From: Parvularia atlantis
Taxonomy: Eukaryota
Assembly: GCA_943704415.1 (NCBI GenBank)
Contig: CALSCO010000113.1
Span: 1-64,000 of the forward strand
Length of the DNA: 64,000 nt
Direction of reading: 5' to 3'
Shown: in pieces, positions 39,653 through 51,154 of the stretch
Position numbering within the stretch: position 1 is the stretch's first letter
Layout of the letters: every line of letters begins with the position of its first letter
Notes under the pieces: generated by a model
Databases searched by the model: none
What the model was told of the DNA's origin: nothing
Seen by the model: the letters and a program-made list of their open reading frames with translations, nothing else
Program-made: the position numbers and the translations under genes

Positions 39653-42314
39653 CTACTGCACTGGCTCCGCGTCCTGGTCTGCTGCGTCCTGGTCTGCTGC
39701 GTCCTGGTCTGCTGCGTCCTGGTCTGCTGCGAAGTCGTCATGTTGCTCCTGCACGGCAGGTGCGGACTCGGGTACGGGCACGGGTTCGGAGAGCGGCTCG
39801 GACTGCTGCTCTACAGCCATCGGTTCACGGTCGGAGATGGCCACGGGCTCGGCCACGGAATCGGGGACGGCGGGCTCAGGCACGGGTTCAGGCTCGGCCA
39901 CGGGCACAGGCTCGTAGAAGGTCGTGGGCTCGGGTTCGGGCTCGTGCGGCGCAGGCGCGGGTGCGGGCGCGAGAACGGGTGCAGGCAGCGGTGCGGGCAC
40001 GGACATGGGCGCAGGTACAGGCGCCTGCTCGGTCTTGAACGTCATAATTGAGTCGTTCAGCGGCGCGTGCAGCCCGGCCATGTGCGCCGCGGCGCCCGGC
40101 GCAAAGGCGACCGAGTGCGTTGGCGAGTTGGACGAGGCGCGCTTGGTCTTGTCGTTGATCGGCGAGCGCTTGCTGCCGCTGCCAGGCGTTCCGTTCATGG
40201 TGCTGCCGCCGATGCCGCCCGACGGCTGGGCCAGCTGCTCGAGCGCGATCGTGGCGCGCTTGACCATGTCGGCGCTCTCTGGCCCGGTCTGCGTCGCGAT
40301 GAACGTCTGCAGCACCTGGGCCGTGCCGGCGTCGCGCAGCATGAGCGTGATGCCGTCGCTCGCTGTGCGCACAAGCTGTCAGCGTGCGTTACGCGGCAAC
40401 CGCGGCCGCCGCGCACCGTTCGCAAGCAGGTTATCGAGCGCGCGGATGATGTGGCGCAGCGTCTGCGTCCAGTGTGTGAGCGAAGCGAGGCGCAGGCGTG
40501 CAGGCGCACCTCCGGCACGTTGGTCTGGCCCAACTTGATGAGCAGCGGCAGGGCAACGGTGACGAGCTTGTCCTTGTTGGCCTCTGCGACGCGCTCGTGA
40601 GCGTGCAGCCGACGGCCAGCGCGACGGGCACGCACCGTAGAGCGCAAAATTGGCCAGGCCGCGCACGACGTGCCGCACGATGTCCGATCGGTCCGTCGCG
40701 CTCTCGGCCATGCGGCAGAAGGCCAGGAGCAGCCCGTCTGTGCCGATCAGCATGCTCTGGCTCTCGCCTGCATGTGCGCGCCTCCATCAGGCGGCCGGCC
40801 ACACGAGGGCGCACGGCACACCGTTCGTGGCGAGGTTTGCGATCGTGCACGCGATGTGCGAGAGCGTCTCGCGCACGCTGTCGGTCTTCATCACCTGCAG
40901 GATCGAGCGCATGCTGTTGCCACGCAAGATCTGCGCCTTGGACTTGTCTGCCGGGCAAACGCGCACGCGGCGCGTGATCAGCGCGTGGCGAGCTGGCACG
41001 CGCGCTTGTGTCTGCGGCGCACCGTTGCGCAGCGACAGGTACGCGAGCGACTTGGCCGCGTACTTGCGCACGTCGTCGTTGCGCGAGTTGAGCAGGCCCA
41101 CGAGGTACTCGAGCGCGCCCTTGCGGTCCTCGATGATCTTCAGCTGGTTCTTGTCTGTGCGCGCAGACTCTGTGAGGCCACACGCCGGACGGTCACACGC
41201 CGCGCGCACCGTGCGTCGAGATGTACGACAGCGTGCGCGCGGCCAGACCCTGCAGCGCCGCAACCTGCTCCTGCGGCGCACCGGGGCGCTCCTTGTGCGC
41301 GACATCGAGCAGCACGTGGATGCCCTTTTCCGTTGCGATCATGCCGCACGCGTCATCTGCGGAGCACGCGCGGGAGCGTGAGTGCACTAGTGGCACGCCG
41401 CGCCGCGCGCGCACCGGTCTTGGCAAAGTGGAACAGCGTGCGAACGGCGTTGGTGACGATGGCCACGTTGCGGATCGTCGTCGAGGCGCAGAGGCCAAAG
41501 AGGATCGGCAGCACGCCCTTGGTGATCATCGTGTTCTGGATAACGTCTGGCGCTCGACGCGTGAGCGCACAAGCGCCGCCGGTACGCGGTCGCACCGAAG
41601 CGCGCGAGCGTCTCGACGGCAGCCGTGGCGTCGACCAGAATCTCCTCGGGCGCGGTCGAGCACAGGTGCAGCAGCGCGTCAAGCCCGCCCATCGCGACCA
41701 GCTTTGATAACCCGTTCTCTGGCGTGCGGCGCCGTTGAGCTGCCGGTGCGGCGCGCAGGCGTGTGGCGGTGCACCCTTGTTGCCGTACTCGGCGAGGGCG
41801 CGCGCGCCCTGACACTGGAACGAGGCCACGTCCGAGACGACGTTTGCGATGATCTCGGCAATCTCGTGGCAGCCGCCGCACACGCGCTCGCGCTTGTCGT
41901 AGCCGAGCTGGGGCAGGAACACCTTGTGTCCGCAGCACTTGTTGCAGAAGATGAGCCCGCTGCGACCCGCGTCAGACAAGTGACGCGCGCGTGCGCTGTC
42001 CGACGCCGTGCGCACCATTGCCGGCAGTGGTGCTGTGCGTGGCAAGGGGGAGGCTTGGCATCAGAATACACACGCGCATGCGCCACAGCCCGCACGTGCG
42101 CGCACCCGGCGGTTGAACGTCGTGAACGCGCTCTGGCACTGCGTGCAGTCGCTCACGTCCTTGTCGCTGGCCCTGCAGCAGCACGCGGGGGCGCACGGCG
42201 GCACCCAAAACGGGCGTGAACAAACACGGCGCACGCGCTGCACACGCGGCACGCGCGGGCGACGCACCACGGTGGGCGCGTCAGCACAAACACCGGCCGC
42301 TCCGTGTCGCCCAT
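39653..42314 (-). CDS. FYVE zinc finger plus armadillo-repeat protein
   Basis: W|ASDKDVSDCTQCQSAFTTFNRR|HHCRQC|GLIFCNKCC...RVCGGC (WxxD, RRHHCR, RVC motifs). ARM-like repeats follow (GGLDALLHL, KGVLPILFGL, GALEYLVGLLNS). Acidic Pro-rich tail. Confidence 0.88.
39666..39731 (-). repeat. 15-bp coding tandem repeat encoding (DQDAA)n
   Basis: About four units of gtcctggtctgctgc on the plus strand. Confidence 0.9.
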
Positions 42315-42468
42315 CGCTCGTCCTCCGTGCCGCGTGCGCGCTGCCGGCTGCGCGCGAGAGAGAGAGAGAGAGGCAGCGCGGCAGGGTCAGCGGCCACAGG
42401 AGCGCGCGTGTGGCCAGCAGCGGGTGGTCAGCGCCGCGCTTCTGGAATGCGCTGTGATATACTGTGAT

Positions 42469-45244
42469 TTACACACCGAGCGTGCGGAAGAAGTGCTCCG
42501 GTGAAGGCTCGCCGTCTGTGCACGGCCCGTCAGCAGCAGATGGGCGCACTCGATAGATGCCGCACCGAGCAGGTCGCGGAGCAGCTCGCGCGGGTCGCGC
42601 GATCCGCCCGGCGCCAGGATCGTCGCCCGGTAGCGCTCGCCCGCCTCGCGCGAAAATGGGTCGTCTGCAAACAGCTTGTGCCAGATGTGCGCGACGTAGA
42701 CTGCGCCATGCCGTTGCCCGTCAGCGATCGACACCACGTGCACCCGTGTGCACGCACCTTGGCACAGCAGGTACGAGTAGTAGCCCGCGCCGTAGCTGAC
42801 CAGGTGTGAGAAGTCCGTCTGCCACGCCGTCCCGGGCACATGCGGGATGCCGATGTAGCGCTCGTTCATGTCGGCCTGCGCCGCGCGCTCAGCACCGACC
42901 GACGTCGGTGCAGTGCGGAACACGCACGAGGATGTCAGTCGTCGACGACGGCAGCGGGTGCGGCCCGTGGTACTTGAGGTCGATCAGCGCGTAGATCGTC
43001 TGAAGTGCACAGCCGTCAGCACCGCCTGGTGCGCGTGGCATGCGCCACGTGCCTGCGTCTGCGTGTCGAGCGGCGCAAACATCTGGCGCGCTGCGATGTA
43101 CCGCCGGAACAGCGACTCGGGCAGGGGCTGCGACGGCAATGAGCGAGTGCAGTTGCGGACTGCCGATCGCGCGCACCTGGCCCGTGCGGTGGTGCTGTGC
43201 AAAGCGGCAGACGACGCGCGGGTCGCGCGCAAAGTGCTCCAGCAGGATCGACGGCGTCTCGACAAAGTCCATCTTGACGCGCGTGCCCGAGACCATGTGC
43301 AGCTCCGTCTGGCCAAGCTGCGCGCGCACACGCGGCGTGCGTGAGCGCACTGCCGGCTGCTGGCACGCGCGGCAGCGCACCATCGAGTGCAGCGCGTGGC
43401 CCATCTCGTGGAAGAGCGTCTCGACCTCGCTGTGTGCGAGGGTCGGGCCAAAGCTGCACAGCAGCACGACAATAGGCCGCTGCATCTCGCCGCTCGCGAG
43501 CCGCTTCGAGCTTGCGCGCACCGCCGCTCAGACACGCTGCTGCCGTGGGTGCACGAGCGCACGCACCACTGGATCGTGAAGTGCGCCGGCTGCGAGAACT
43601 TGGTCGCGCGCGGGCTAAAGTCGCAGTAGATGCGCCCGAGAACCTCGTCGCGATCCGTCTGGGCGCGCGCGCGTCGTCGTCGTCGTCGTTAGCACAGCGG
43701 GCCGGCGGAAGAGCACAGCGCGCGCACATCGACTACGTCGAACCGCGTGACGCCGTCGGCCCACACCTCGCCGGGAGCGGTCGGCGTTGCGCGCAGCTCC
43801 ACGCCAAAGAGGCTGCGCGTGAGCATGTCGAGACCAGCCTGCTCGCGACCCAGCATCAGCGCCCCGCTCCAGACCTGTGCAGCACCGCGCCGCACCATGC
43901 ACGAGCTCGGAGTGAAGTACGCCCGTAGCTCGTCGCTGCTGATGTCGCTCGCGCCGCGGTGCCGGACCGCGTTGACCCAGTACGGCCGGTCCCACTGCGC
44001 AAAGTGTTCAACCTCGCGCGGCCCGGGTGCGCTCAGCTTGGCGGCGTGCAATGTCGCGACGTTGCGCTGGCACTCGGGCCGCACCACGTCGGCCATGTTC
44101 TTGAGGAACGCCATCGCGGCACCTGCGCACGCAAGAGCGTCGGTGCAGTCCGATGACGGTGCAGAGAACGCGCGCACCTGGTGTCGCGAGCAGCTTGTCC
44201 GATAGGAACAGGGCCGCGTACGAGGGCTGGCCCACAAACTGCGCCAGCGCGTGCCGCCCCTGCAGCAGCTTGTCGAGCAGGCGCAGGCGCGCGGGGTCGG
44301 CCGCGTACGTGTGCTCGTACACGATCCGGCGCAGGCGCTCGCTCGGATGCATGAGCAGCTGCGCGCCGCACGTGGTGAGTGCGCGCACAGCGGGCAGCAG
44401 CAGCGGCCACGCACGCTCGACAACGTCTGCCGCGGCAGGTGAATGGTCGCGTTGGCGTGCACGGCATATTGGTCGCGCAGGTGCGGCGGCAGGTGCTGGG
44501 CCGCCTCGCGCGGCAGCGTCACCGGGCCGGCCGTCTTGGAGCTGAACTCGCGCCCGAGCCGGTGCAGCTCCTCAGCCATGCCCACGTAGCGCTGGCGCTG
44601 CTCATCGGGCAGCTGGCGGCGGCGCGGGTTCGGTGGTGCCACGCGTCGCTTCAGCCACGCACATGGATGCCGCTGTTGCGAAAGTCCGACTGCAGCGACA
44701 CGGCGCAGGCGAGCTCCTCACGCGACAGGCGGCGGCGCGAGTCCGGGCTCTCGAGCACGCGCTGGACGAGCTGCCCGAACAGACGCGATCAGCCGCGACG
44801 GTGCGCGCGCACACGTGCCGGCGCACGCGCACCGTGGCAAGGCCCGTGTGCACGTTGAGCGTCTGCAGCACCGTCGACATGCTCGTGAAGACCTGCTCGG
44901 CCACGGCGCCAAAGTGCCCGTCCGGGTGCGCGTGGCTGAGGAACTGCGCCAGGTCCGACACGCTCGTCGCGGCCTCGGACAGGTCGTCGAGCATGCGCAT
45001 CGTGTGCGGGCCGGGCGCGCGCGCGACGCCGTCGGCCAGCAGGCGGCCGGTCAGCTCGTCCACGCGCTGCCTGGCCTCGCCGGCCATGCGCAGCAGGTCG
45101 TCCACGCCGTGCAGGCCGGGCGTGCCAAACAGCCCCGTGCGCCTGCATGTTCAGCTCAGCGGCGCGCACGAGGAACGCGGTGCGCACGCACGCTGCTGTG
45201 GCAAGCGTGCGGCCTCTCGTTGACGCGAGCAAGAGCGGGCGCAT
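42469..45244 (-). CDS. MIPEP: Mitochondrial intermediate peptidase (M3A)
   Basis: Presequence, WDRPYW, EVETLFHEMGHALHSM, VSGTRVKMDFVETPSILLEHF, FSHLVSYGAGYYSYL, ILAPGGSRDP. Confidence 0.95.
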
Positions 45245-45346
45245 GGCGCATGGCGAACTGCATTCGGTTTCCCACGCACTGCCCGACAGCCCCTGCTGCG
45301 CTGCGTCGCCACCGCCACCTGCTCAGCCGCCGCCGCCACCGCCCCA

Positions 45347-47489
45347 ATGCCGACGATGCGCCCCGCGACGAGCGCGTTCCGCGTTGACGCGCCGGGCGTG
45401 GTGCGCCGCGCCGAATCCGCGTCGGTGGGGCGCTGACGTTTCGACCCGCCGCCGCCCGCCGCCGCCGCGCAGACCTACACCGCGGACGAGATCGTGGCGC
45501 AGTACCGCTACGACGCGACGGCCGTGCGCCGTGACGAGGCCACGGGCCAGTACGTCGTCACGCCGACCGAGACCGCGTTCGAGTTCCACACGAGCACGCG
45601 CGTGCCGCGCCTCGGGTGCGTCAACGCAGGTGCGGCACGGCACCGTCGCTCGTCTCACGCCACGCAACGGGGCCGAAAGGCTCATGCTCGTCGGCCTCGG
45701 CGGCAACAACGGCACGACGGTGACAGCGGGCGTGCTCGCGAACCGGCTGTGCGTCGCGCGACGGCCGTGCGCCGCGGTGTCGTTCTCACGCACTGGCACG
45801 CGCGCGCCAGCGGACTGTCGTGGCGCACGCGCTCGGGCCTGCAGAAGGCCAACTACTACGGCTCGCTCACGCAGGCCTCGACGCTGCACCTTGGCCGCGA
45901 CGCCGATGGGCACGACGTGCACGTGCCCTTCAGTCAGATCCTGCCGATGGTGCACCCGAACGACCTCGTCGTCGGCGGCTGGGACATCAGCGGCCTCGAC
46001 CTCGCCGCGGCGATGGAGCGCGCGCAGGTGCTCGAGCCGGACCTGCAGCGGCAGCTCGCGCCGACGATGCGCGCGATGGCGCCGTGGCCGTCGGTCTGCT
46101 ACCCGGACTTTATCGCCGCAAACCAAGCCGAGCGCGCCGACAACGTGCTGCCGGGCTCAAAGCGCGAGCACCTCGAGCGCGTGCGCAGCGACATACGGTT
46201 CGCGCGCGCGCGCGCGCGGTGGCGCGGGGCGATGGCGGCTGACATGACGCTCGGGCGCAGGCGCTTCAAGGGCGACAACGCGCTCGACGCAGTTGTCGTG
46301 CTCTGGACGGCCAACACCGAGCGCTTTGCCGAGCTCGTGCCGGGCGTGAACGACACCGCGGACAGGTGCGCGCGCACCGCACCGACGCCGTCAGCGGCCG
46401 ACTTGTGCCGACGCACGCACGTGCAGCCTACTCGCGGCCATTGAGCGCGGCGAACGCGAGATCGCCCCGTCGACCATCTTCGCCGTCGCGTGCATCCTCG
46501 AGGGCGTGCCGTTCATCAACGGGTCGCCGCAAAACACGTTTGTGCCGGGCTGCGTCGAGCTCGCGGAGCGGCACCAGGTGCGTGCCGCGCAGCCGCCGCC
46601 TCTGCACAGCTGACCTTGGCGAGCCAGTCGTTCATCGCCGGCGACGACTTCAAGAGCGGCCAGACCAAGATGAAGTCGGTGCTGGTCGACTTTCTCGTCG
46701 GCGCGGGCATCAAGCCGCTCTCGATCACGAGCTACAACCACCTGGGCAACAACGACGGGCGGGTGCGCGCGCGCGCGCGCGCGCGCATCTGACAGGAGCT
46801 CAGCGCTCGGCCGCACGCGCAGAACCTCTCGGCGCCGTCGCAGTTCCGCTCCAAGGAGATCTCGAAGAGCAACGTCGTCGACGACATGGTCGCGTCCAAC
46901 CCGATCCTGTACGGCCCCGGCGAGCACCCGGATCACGTCGTCGTAATCAAGTACGTGCCCGCGGTCGGCGACAGCAAGGTGTGATCCGCATGCGCGTGCA
47001 CGGCTCGCGCGCAACGCTCACATGCTGTGCACTCAGCGCGCCCTAGACGAGTACTACAACGAGATCTTCCTGGGCGGGCGCAACACGATCGCGATGCACA
47101 ACACGTGCGAGGACAGGTGCGTGCTCGCTTGCGCCGCGGCTAGCTCGCGCCTGACACACCGGGCACGCAGCCTGCTCGCCGCGCCGCTCATCATCGACCT
47201 CGCCATCCTCGCCGAGCTCTGCACGCGCATCCGCTACCGCCAGTTCCCGCACAAGCACGCCAACGCCAACGCCTACGCCAACGGCAACGGCCATATCGAC
47301 AGCGCGACCCTGCACGGCCTCTACCCGGTGCTCTCGGTCCTGTCGTACCTGCTCAAGGCGCCCAGGGTCCGCCGCGGCGCGCCCGTCGTCAACTCGCTGT
47401 TCAAGCAGCGCGCCGCGCTCGAGAACCTGTTCCGGGCGTGCGTGGGCCTGCCGCCGCAGAGCGACCTGCGGCTGGAGGAGCGTTTGTGA
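45347..47489 (+). CDS. INO1: Inositol-3-phosphate synthase
   Basis: [76 protein letters not shown]. Confidence 0.98.
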
Positions 47490-47846
47490 CGCGGGCTGAG
47501 TTCTTAATGTTGAAAGTTTGAGCGCACTGCAGTGGCACTTTTGTTACGGCGTTCGGATGCGCTTCGGGCGTCGCCCTCGGCTGCGGCCCGCGCGCCTCGG
47601 CGTCGATGGCCGCATGCGCGGCGACGGGCCACGTGTTCCTGCACGTGCCGCGGTCCTGCGTGTGAGCGGGGCGGCAGCGAAAGGAATCGGCCGGGTGACT
47701 GTCGTGCACAAGCCTATGAATCCACTGAACGCCGCTGAGGCGGCATCGGCCGTGTCGGCGTCGAGCGCCGACGACCTGGCGAGTGCCGACCTGCTTACGT
47801 TGTATGCCTGCGAGAGTCGTGCATGTATTCTCTCTGTGACTGACGC

Positions 47847-48864
47847 TCACGGCTCCGTCACAAACCGCACGAGCTCGTCCATGAACCGTTGCGGCTGCTC
47901 GGCGTGGACCCAGTGCCCTGTACGTGCGTGCGCACGCGTGCGTGCCACGTGAATGAACTTGCCGCCGCGCTGCCCGGCGTTGCCGCACCGGCGTCAATGC
48001 CGACAAAGGCCGTGCGCGCTGACGGGAAGAGCGCGCGGATGATCGGGTGGTGCACGGGGCGGACGTAGCGGCCCTTGCTGCCTGCACCCTGCTGCATGAG
48101 TGCGCGATCACGGTGCGAGCATGCCGCACCGTAGATGATGAGCGCGGGCCGGTCGAATGGGCGCAGAGCCTCGCCCGAGGGCAGAGCGACGGGGAAGGCC
48201 TTGATCTCGTCAATGGCGCGGCTGAGCGCGTCGACGTTGTTGCGCACGACGAGTGCGCCATCGGCCGGGTCGGCCACGAGGTTGGTGAGGAGGAACTGGC
48301 GCACGGCCGAGTCGGGCACGGTCTCGCGCAGGAGCTCGTCGGCGACGCGGCGCGAGGGTACGCGCGCAGCGTGGAGGCGCTGCAGCTCAGCGGCGTAGAA
48401 GGCAAATACGCTGCCGTCGCTGTAGCTAACGGGGGCGATGTCGACGAGCACGACGCGGCGCAGCCGCCCGGGGCGCCACAGGGCCATCAGCGCGGCTGCC
48501 TTGCCGCCCTGCCCGTGGGTGCGCGGATCCGTGTGAGGCGAGCGAGGCGAGCGAGACGCGGCACCATCGAGTGGCCGACGACATCGACCTCGTCCAGCCC
48601 CAGCCGCGCCAGTAGCGCGTCGACGTCGGCGGCCATCTCGGCGTAGGCCTGCCCGGGCACGTACGGCGCATGCGGGCTCTCGCCGTGGTTGCGCAGGTCG
48701 CAGGCGACGACGGGCGCACCGAGCGTGCGCGCGAGGGCCTTCTGCAGCGACTTCCAGTTGCCCTTGGAGCCGAACAGGCCGTGCAGGATCACGAGCGGCA
48801 CGGCCCCGGGCGCGCGCGTCGCGGCCGCCTCGACGGCGCAAGCGAGCGGCACGGGCGCGATCAT
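47847..48864 (-). CDS. ABHD11-like alpha/beta hydrolase
   Basis: ILHGLFGSKGNW, DLRNHGESPH, VGHSM|GGK nucleophile elbow, VDIAPV, RQFLLTNL, GHWVHAEQP. Confidence 0.93.
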
Positions 48865-48907
48865 CGATCAGCAACGGTGTGCGCAGCACTTGTCACTTGA
48901 ACAGCAG

Positions 48908-49289
48908 ATGTCGCGCACGCCTGTGCACTCGCCGTTCGGCGCGTTCCGCCCGTCGCTCGCGCCGCGCGCGCCGTGGACGCCGCTGCAGGTGGTCGTCGTG
49001 GCGGCGATCGCGGCCGTCGTCTTCATCGGTGCGCGCGTGCGCGTCCGCCTGCGGTCGATGGACTCACGTTGCGTCAGGCCCCAAGAAGATCATCCCGCGC
49101 ATCGTCGACACGTTCAAGCAGACGCGCGAGGCCATCGAGGAGGCTGCAGGCGAGAAGCCAGCCGTGCCGACGAACGCGCCGACAAACACGCCGACGAACT
49201 CGACGACGAACGCGACGACGAACGCGACAAGCGCCGCGCCACAGCAGCCTGTCCAGCCGACTCAGCCGAAGCAGCCTCCTCAGGCATGA
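48908..49289 (+). CDS. TatA/TatB-like twin-arginine translocase subunit with an N-terminal presequence-like extension
   Basis: After removing intron 49029-49077: MSRTPVHSPFGAFRPSLAPRAPW, TM LQVVVVAAIAAVVFI, hinge GPKKIIP, amphipathic helix RIVDTFKQTREAIEEA, disordered tail. Confidence 0.62.
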
Positions 49290-49311
49290 GCACTGTCCTG
49301 TACAGCGGCGG

Positions 49312-50454
49312 CTACCGTTTCGCTCGCTTCACCCGCTGATGCAGCAGCGCCAGCCGCGCGTCGCCACCAGCGCCGAGCCCCGCCGTGCTGCCCGCCGCGA
49401 GCCCGCGCGGCACAATCGGCTCGAGCAGCGCGTCGGCCGCGCGCGCCGGCGCACCGAGGGCCTCGCCGGGCCGCCAGCCCATGCGCCGCAGCAGTCGGTT
49501 GCCGACGTTGGCCTCGTCTAGCGGCACGTCGACCCCGCTCACCTCGTCCGGCCCACGCGCGGCCGCCGCGACCTCGTCCAGGTCCGTCCCGACGAGGCGA
49601 CGCCGCTCGGCCGCGCGGTCGCGGTACCCTGGCGGCGCGGGCGGCGCGGCCGCGGTGTCGCCGAGCAGCGTGCGCTTGAGCTGGCGCAGACCCTGGCGCC
49701 ACGGCACGGCGCCCTCGACAACGGGAGCAGCAGCACCAGAAGCAGCAGGCGCAGCCGTGTCGGGCAGGTGCAGCGACACGAAGCGTCGCCACAGACAGCC
49801 GTCGCACACCGGCTGCGCGGGCGGGTGCCAGTGCGCCTGCAGCGCCGTCGAGCCGATCTCGACGACGTCGCCGTGCGCCAGCAGCCGCGGCGGGGCGCCA
49901 CCACCGGTGTCGCGGCGGTCGGCGACGCCGAAGCGCGCCTCGTGCGGGTCGTAGAAGAAGCTCGCGTGCAGCTCGGCCACGTCGTCGTCGCCGTCAAGCA
50001 CGATGCGTGGACCAGCAGCCGCCGTCGCGGCCGGCGTCCGGCCCACGTCCGCGCCGAGGCTGCTGACGACGTACAGCGCGTTGGCCGGCACGGCGGATGC
50101 GCGCGTCGCCTGCACGACGAGCCGGAGCTGCGGCGGCCAGACGTCCGCGTCGACGCCGTGCCAGTCGGGCAGCAGCACGCCCGAGTCGGCATCACGCCAC
50201 AGGCCGTACGTCGCGTCGAAGACGGCGCGATCGCGCGCGTCCTCTGTCGTCGCTGCTGCTGCGTCCGCTGCTGTCGAAGCATCCGCAAACGGGTAGATGT
50301 ACGCGAGCTGCTCGTGGTCGAAGTAGAAGTAGGCGCCGGGCGCGTCCGGGTGGAAGCACCACTCGGTGCTCTGCGACTCCCAGAAGCCGCGCGCCTCGCT
50401 GTAGACAAAGTCGCTCGGCGCCGCGTGGTCGGGCTCATCGGCAGCAGCACTCAT
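49312..50454 (-). CDS. AGGF1-like OCRE/FHA/G-patch protein (intronless)
   Basis: Aromatic OCRE-like N-terminus. FHA-like segments VGRT, VAELHASFFY and LAHGDVVEIGST. Then CDGC, YRDRAAERR, and G-patch NVGNRLLRRMGWRPGEALG...AGLG. Confidence 0.85.
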   Translation of the reverse strand: MSAAADEPDHAAPSDFVYSEARGFWESQSTEWCFHPDAPGAYFYFDHEQLAYIYPFADASTAADAAAATTEDARDRAVFDATYGLWRDADSGVLLPDWHGVDADVWPPQLRLVVQATRASAVPANALYVVSSLGADVGRTPAATAAAGPRIVLDGDDDVAELHASFFYDPHEARFGVADRRDTGGGAPPRLLAHGDVVEIGSTALQAHWHPPAQPVCDGCLWRRFVSLHLPDTAAPAASGAAAPVVEGAVPWRQGLRQLKRTLLGDTAAAPPAPPGYRDRAAERRRLVGTDLDEVAAAARGPDEVSGVDVPLDEANVGNRLLRRMGWRPGEALGAPARAADALLEPIVPRGLAAGSTAGLGAGGDARLALLHQRVKRAKR

Positions 50455-50492
50455 CGGCAGCACGCATCGCAGCGGAAAGACAACTCAACTGG

Positions 50493-51074
50493 TCACAACT
50501 CCTCGTCTACGTCGTCCGCAGCTGCTGCTGCTACCGGTGCGGCCACAGCAGGGGCGGACGTCCCGACGAGGCCGTGCAGGTGCCGCCGCAGACGCTCCAA
50601 CACGACCTCGTTCTTGGCGCTGAACAGGAACGCGCCCTGCCCGCGCACGTCCAGCCGCAGGTGCACCGCCTGCCTCGGCTCGGCAGTTTTCTGCGGAGAC
50701 GCAGCTGTCAGGTGCTGCGCTTGTGAGCCCACGCCCGGCGCACCCGCTCTGTCGACGGCTTGCGGTACAGCACGCTGCCCAGCAGCTCGTCCATCTCGAT
50801 CTCGTCGTCCGGGAACACGCTGTTGTCGCGCTCGGCCGGGTCCACGACGGCGATTGGCAGCCTGCACGCGCGGTCAGCCGCGGCACTGCAGCGCAAGCGC
50901 AGCCGGCGACGTCACTGGAAGTCGATCAGCGCCAGGCCCGACAGGACCGTGAGCATGATCGCAAAGTACTCGGGGTCGCGCATGAGCGCGTCCGACGCGT
51001 ACAGCTGCGCGAGCGTGTACCGGTTGCCGCCCGCCGTGACTGGTGCGCCTGCAACACGTGCGCGCTCAGAGGCT

Positions 51075-51154
<80 letters not shown>

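Noticed and set aside
39666..39731. Short direct repeats as a CRISPR-like array
   Set aside because: The units are contiguous with no spacers and encode DQDAA in frame. No cas genes are present.
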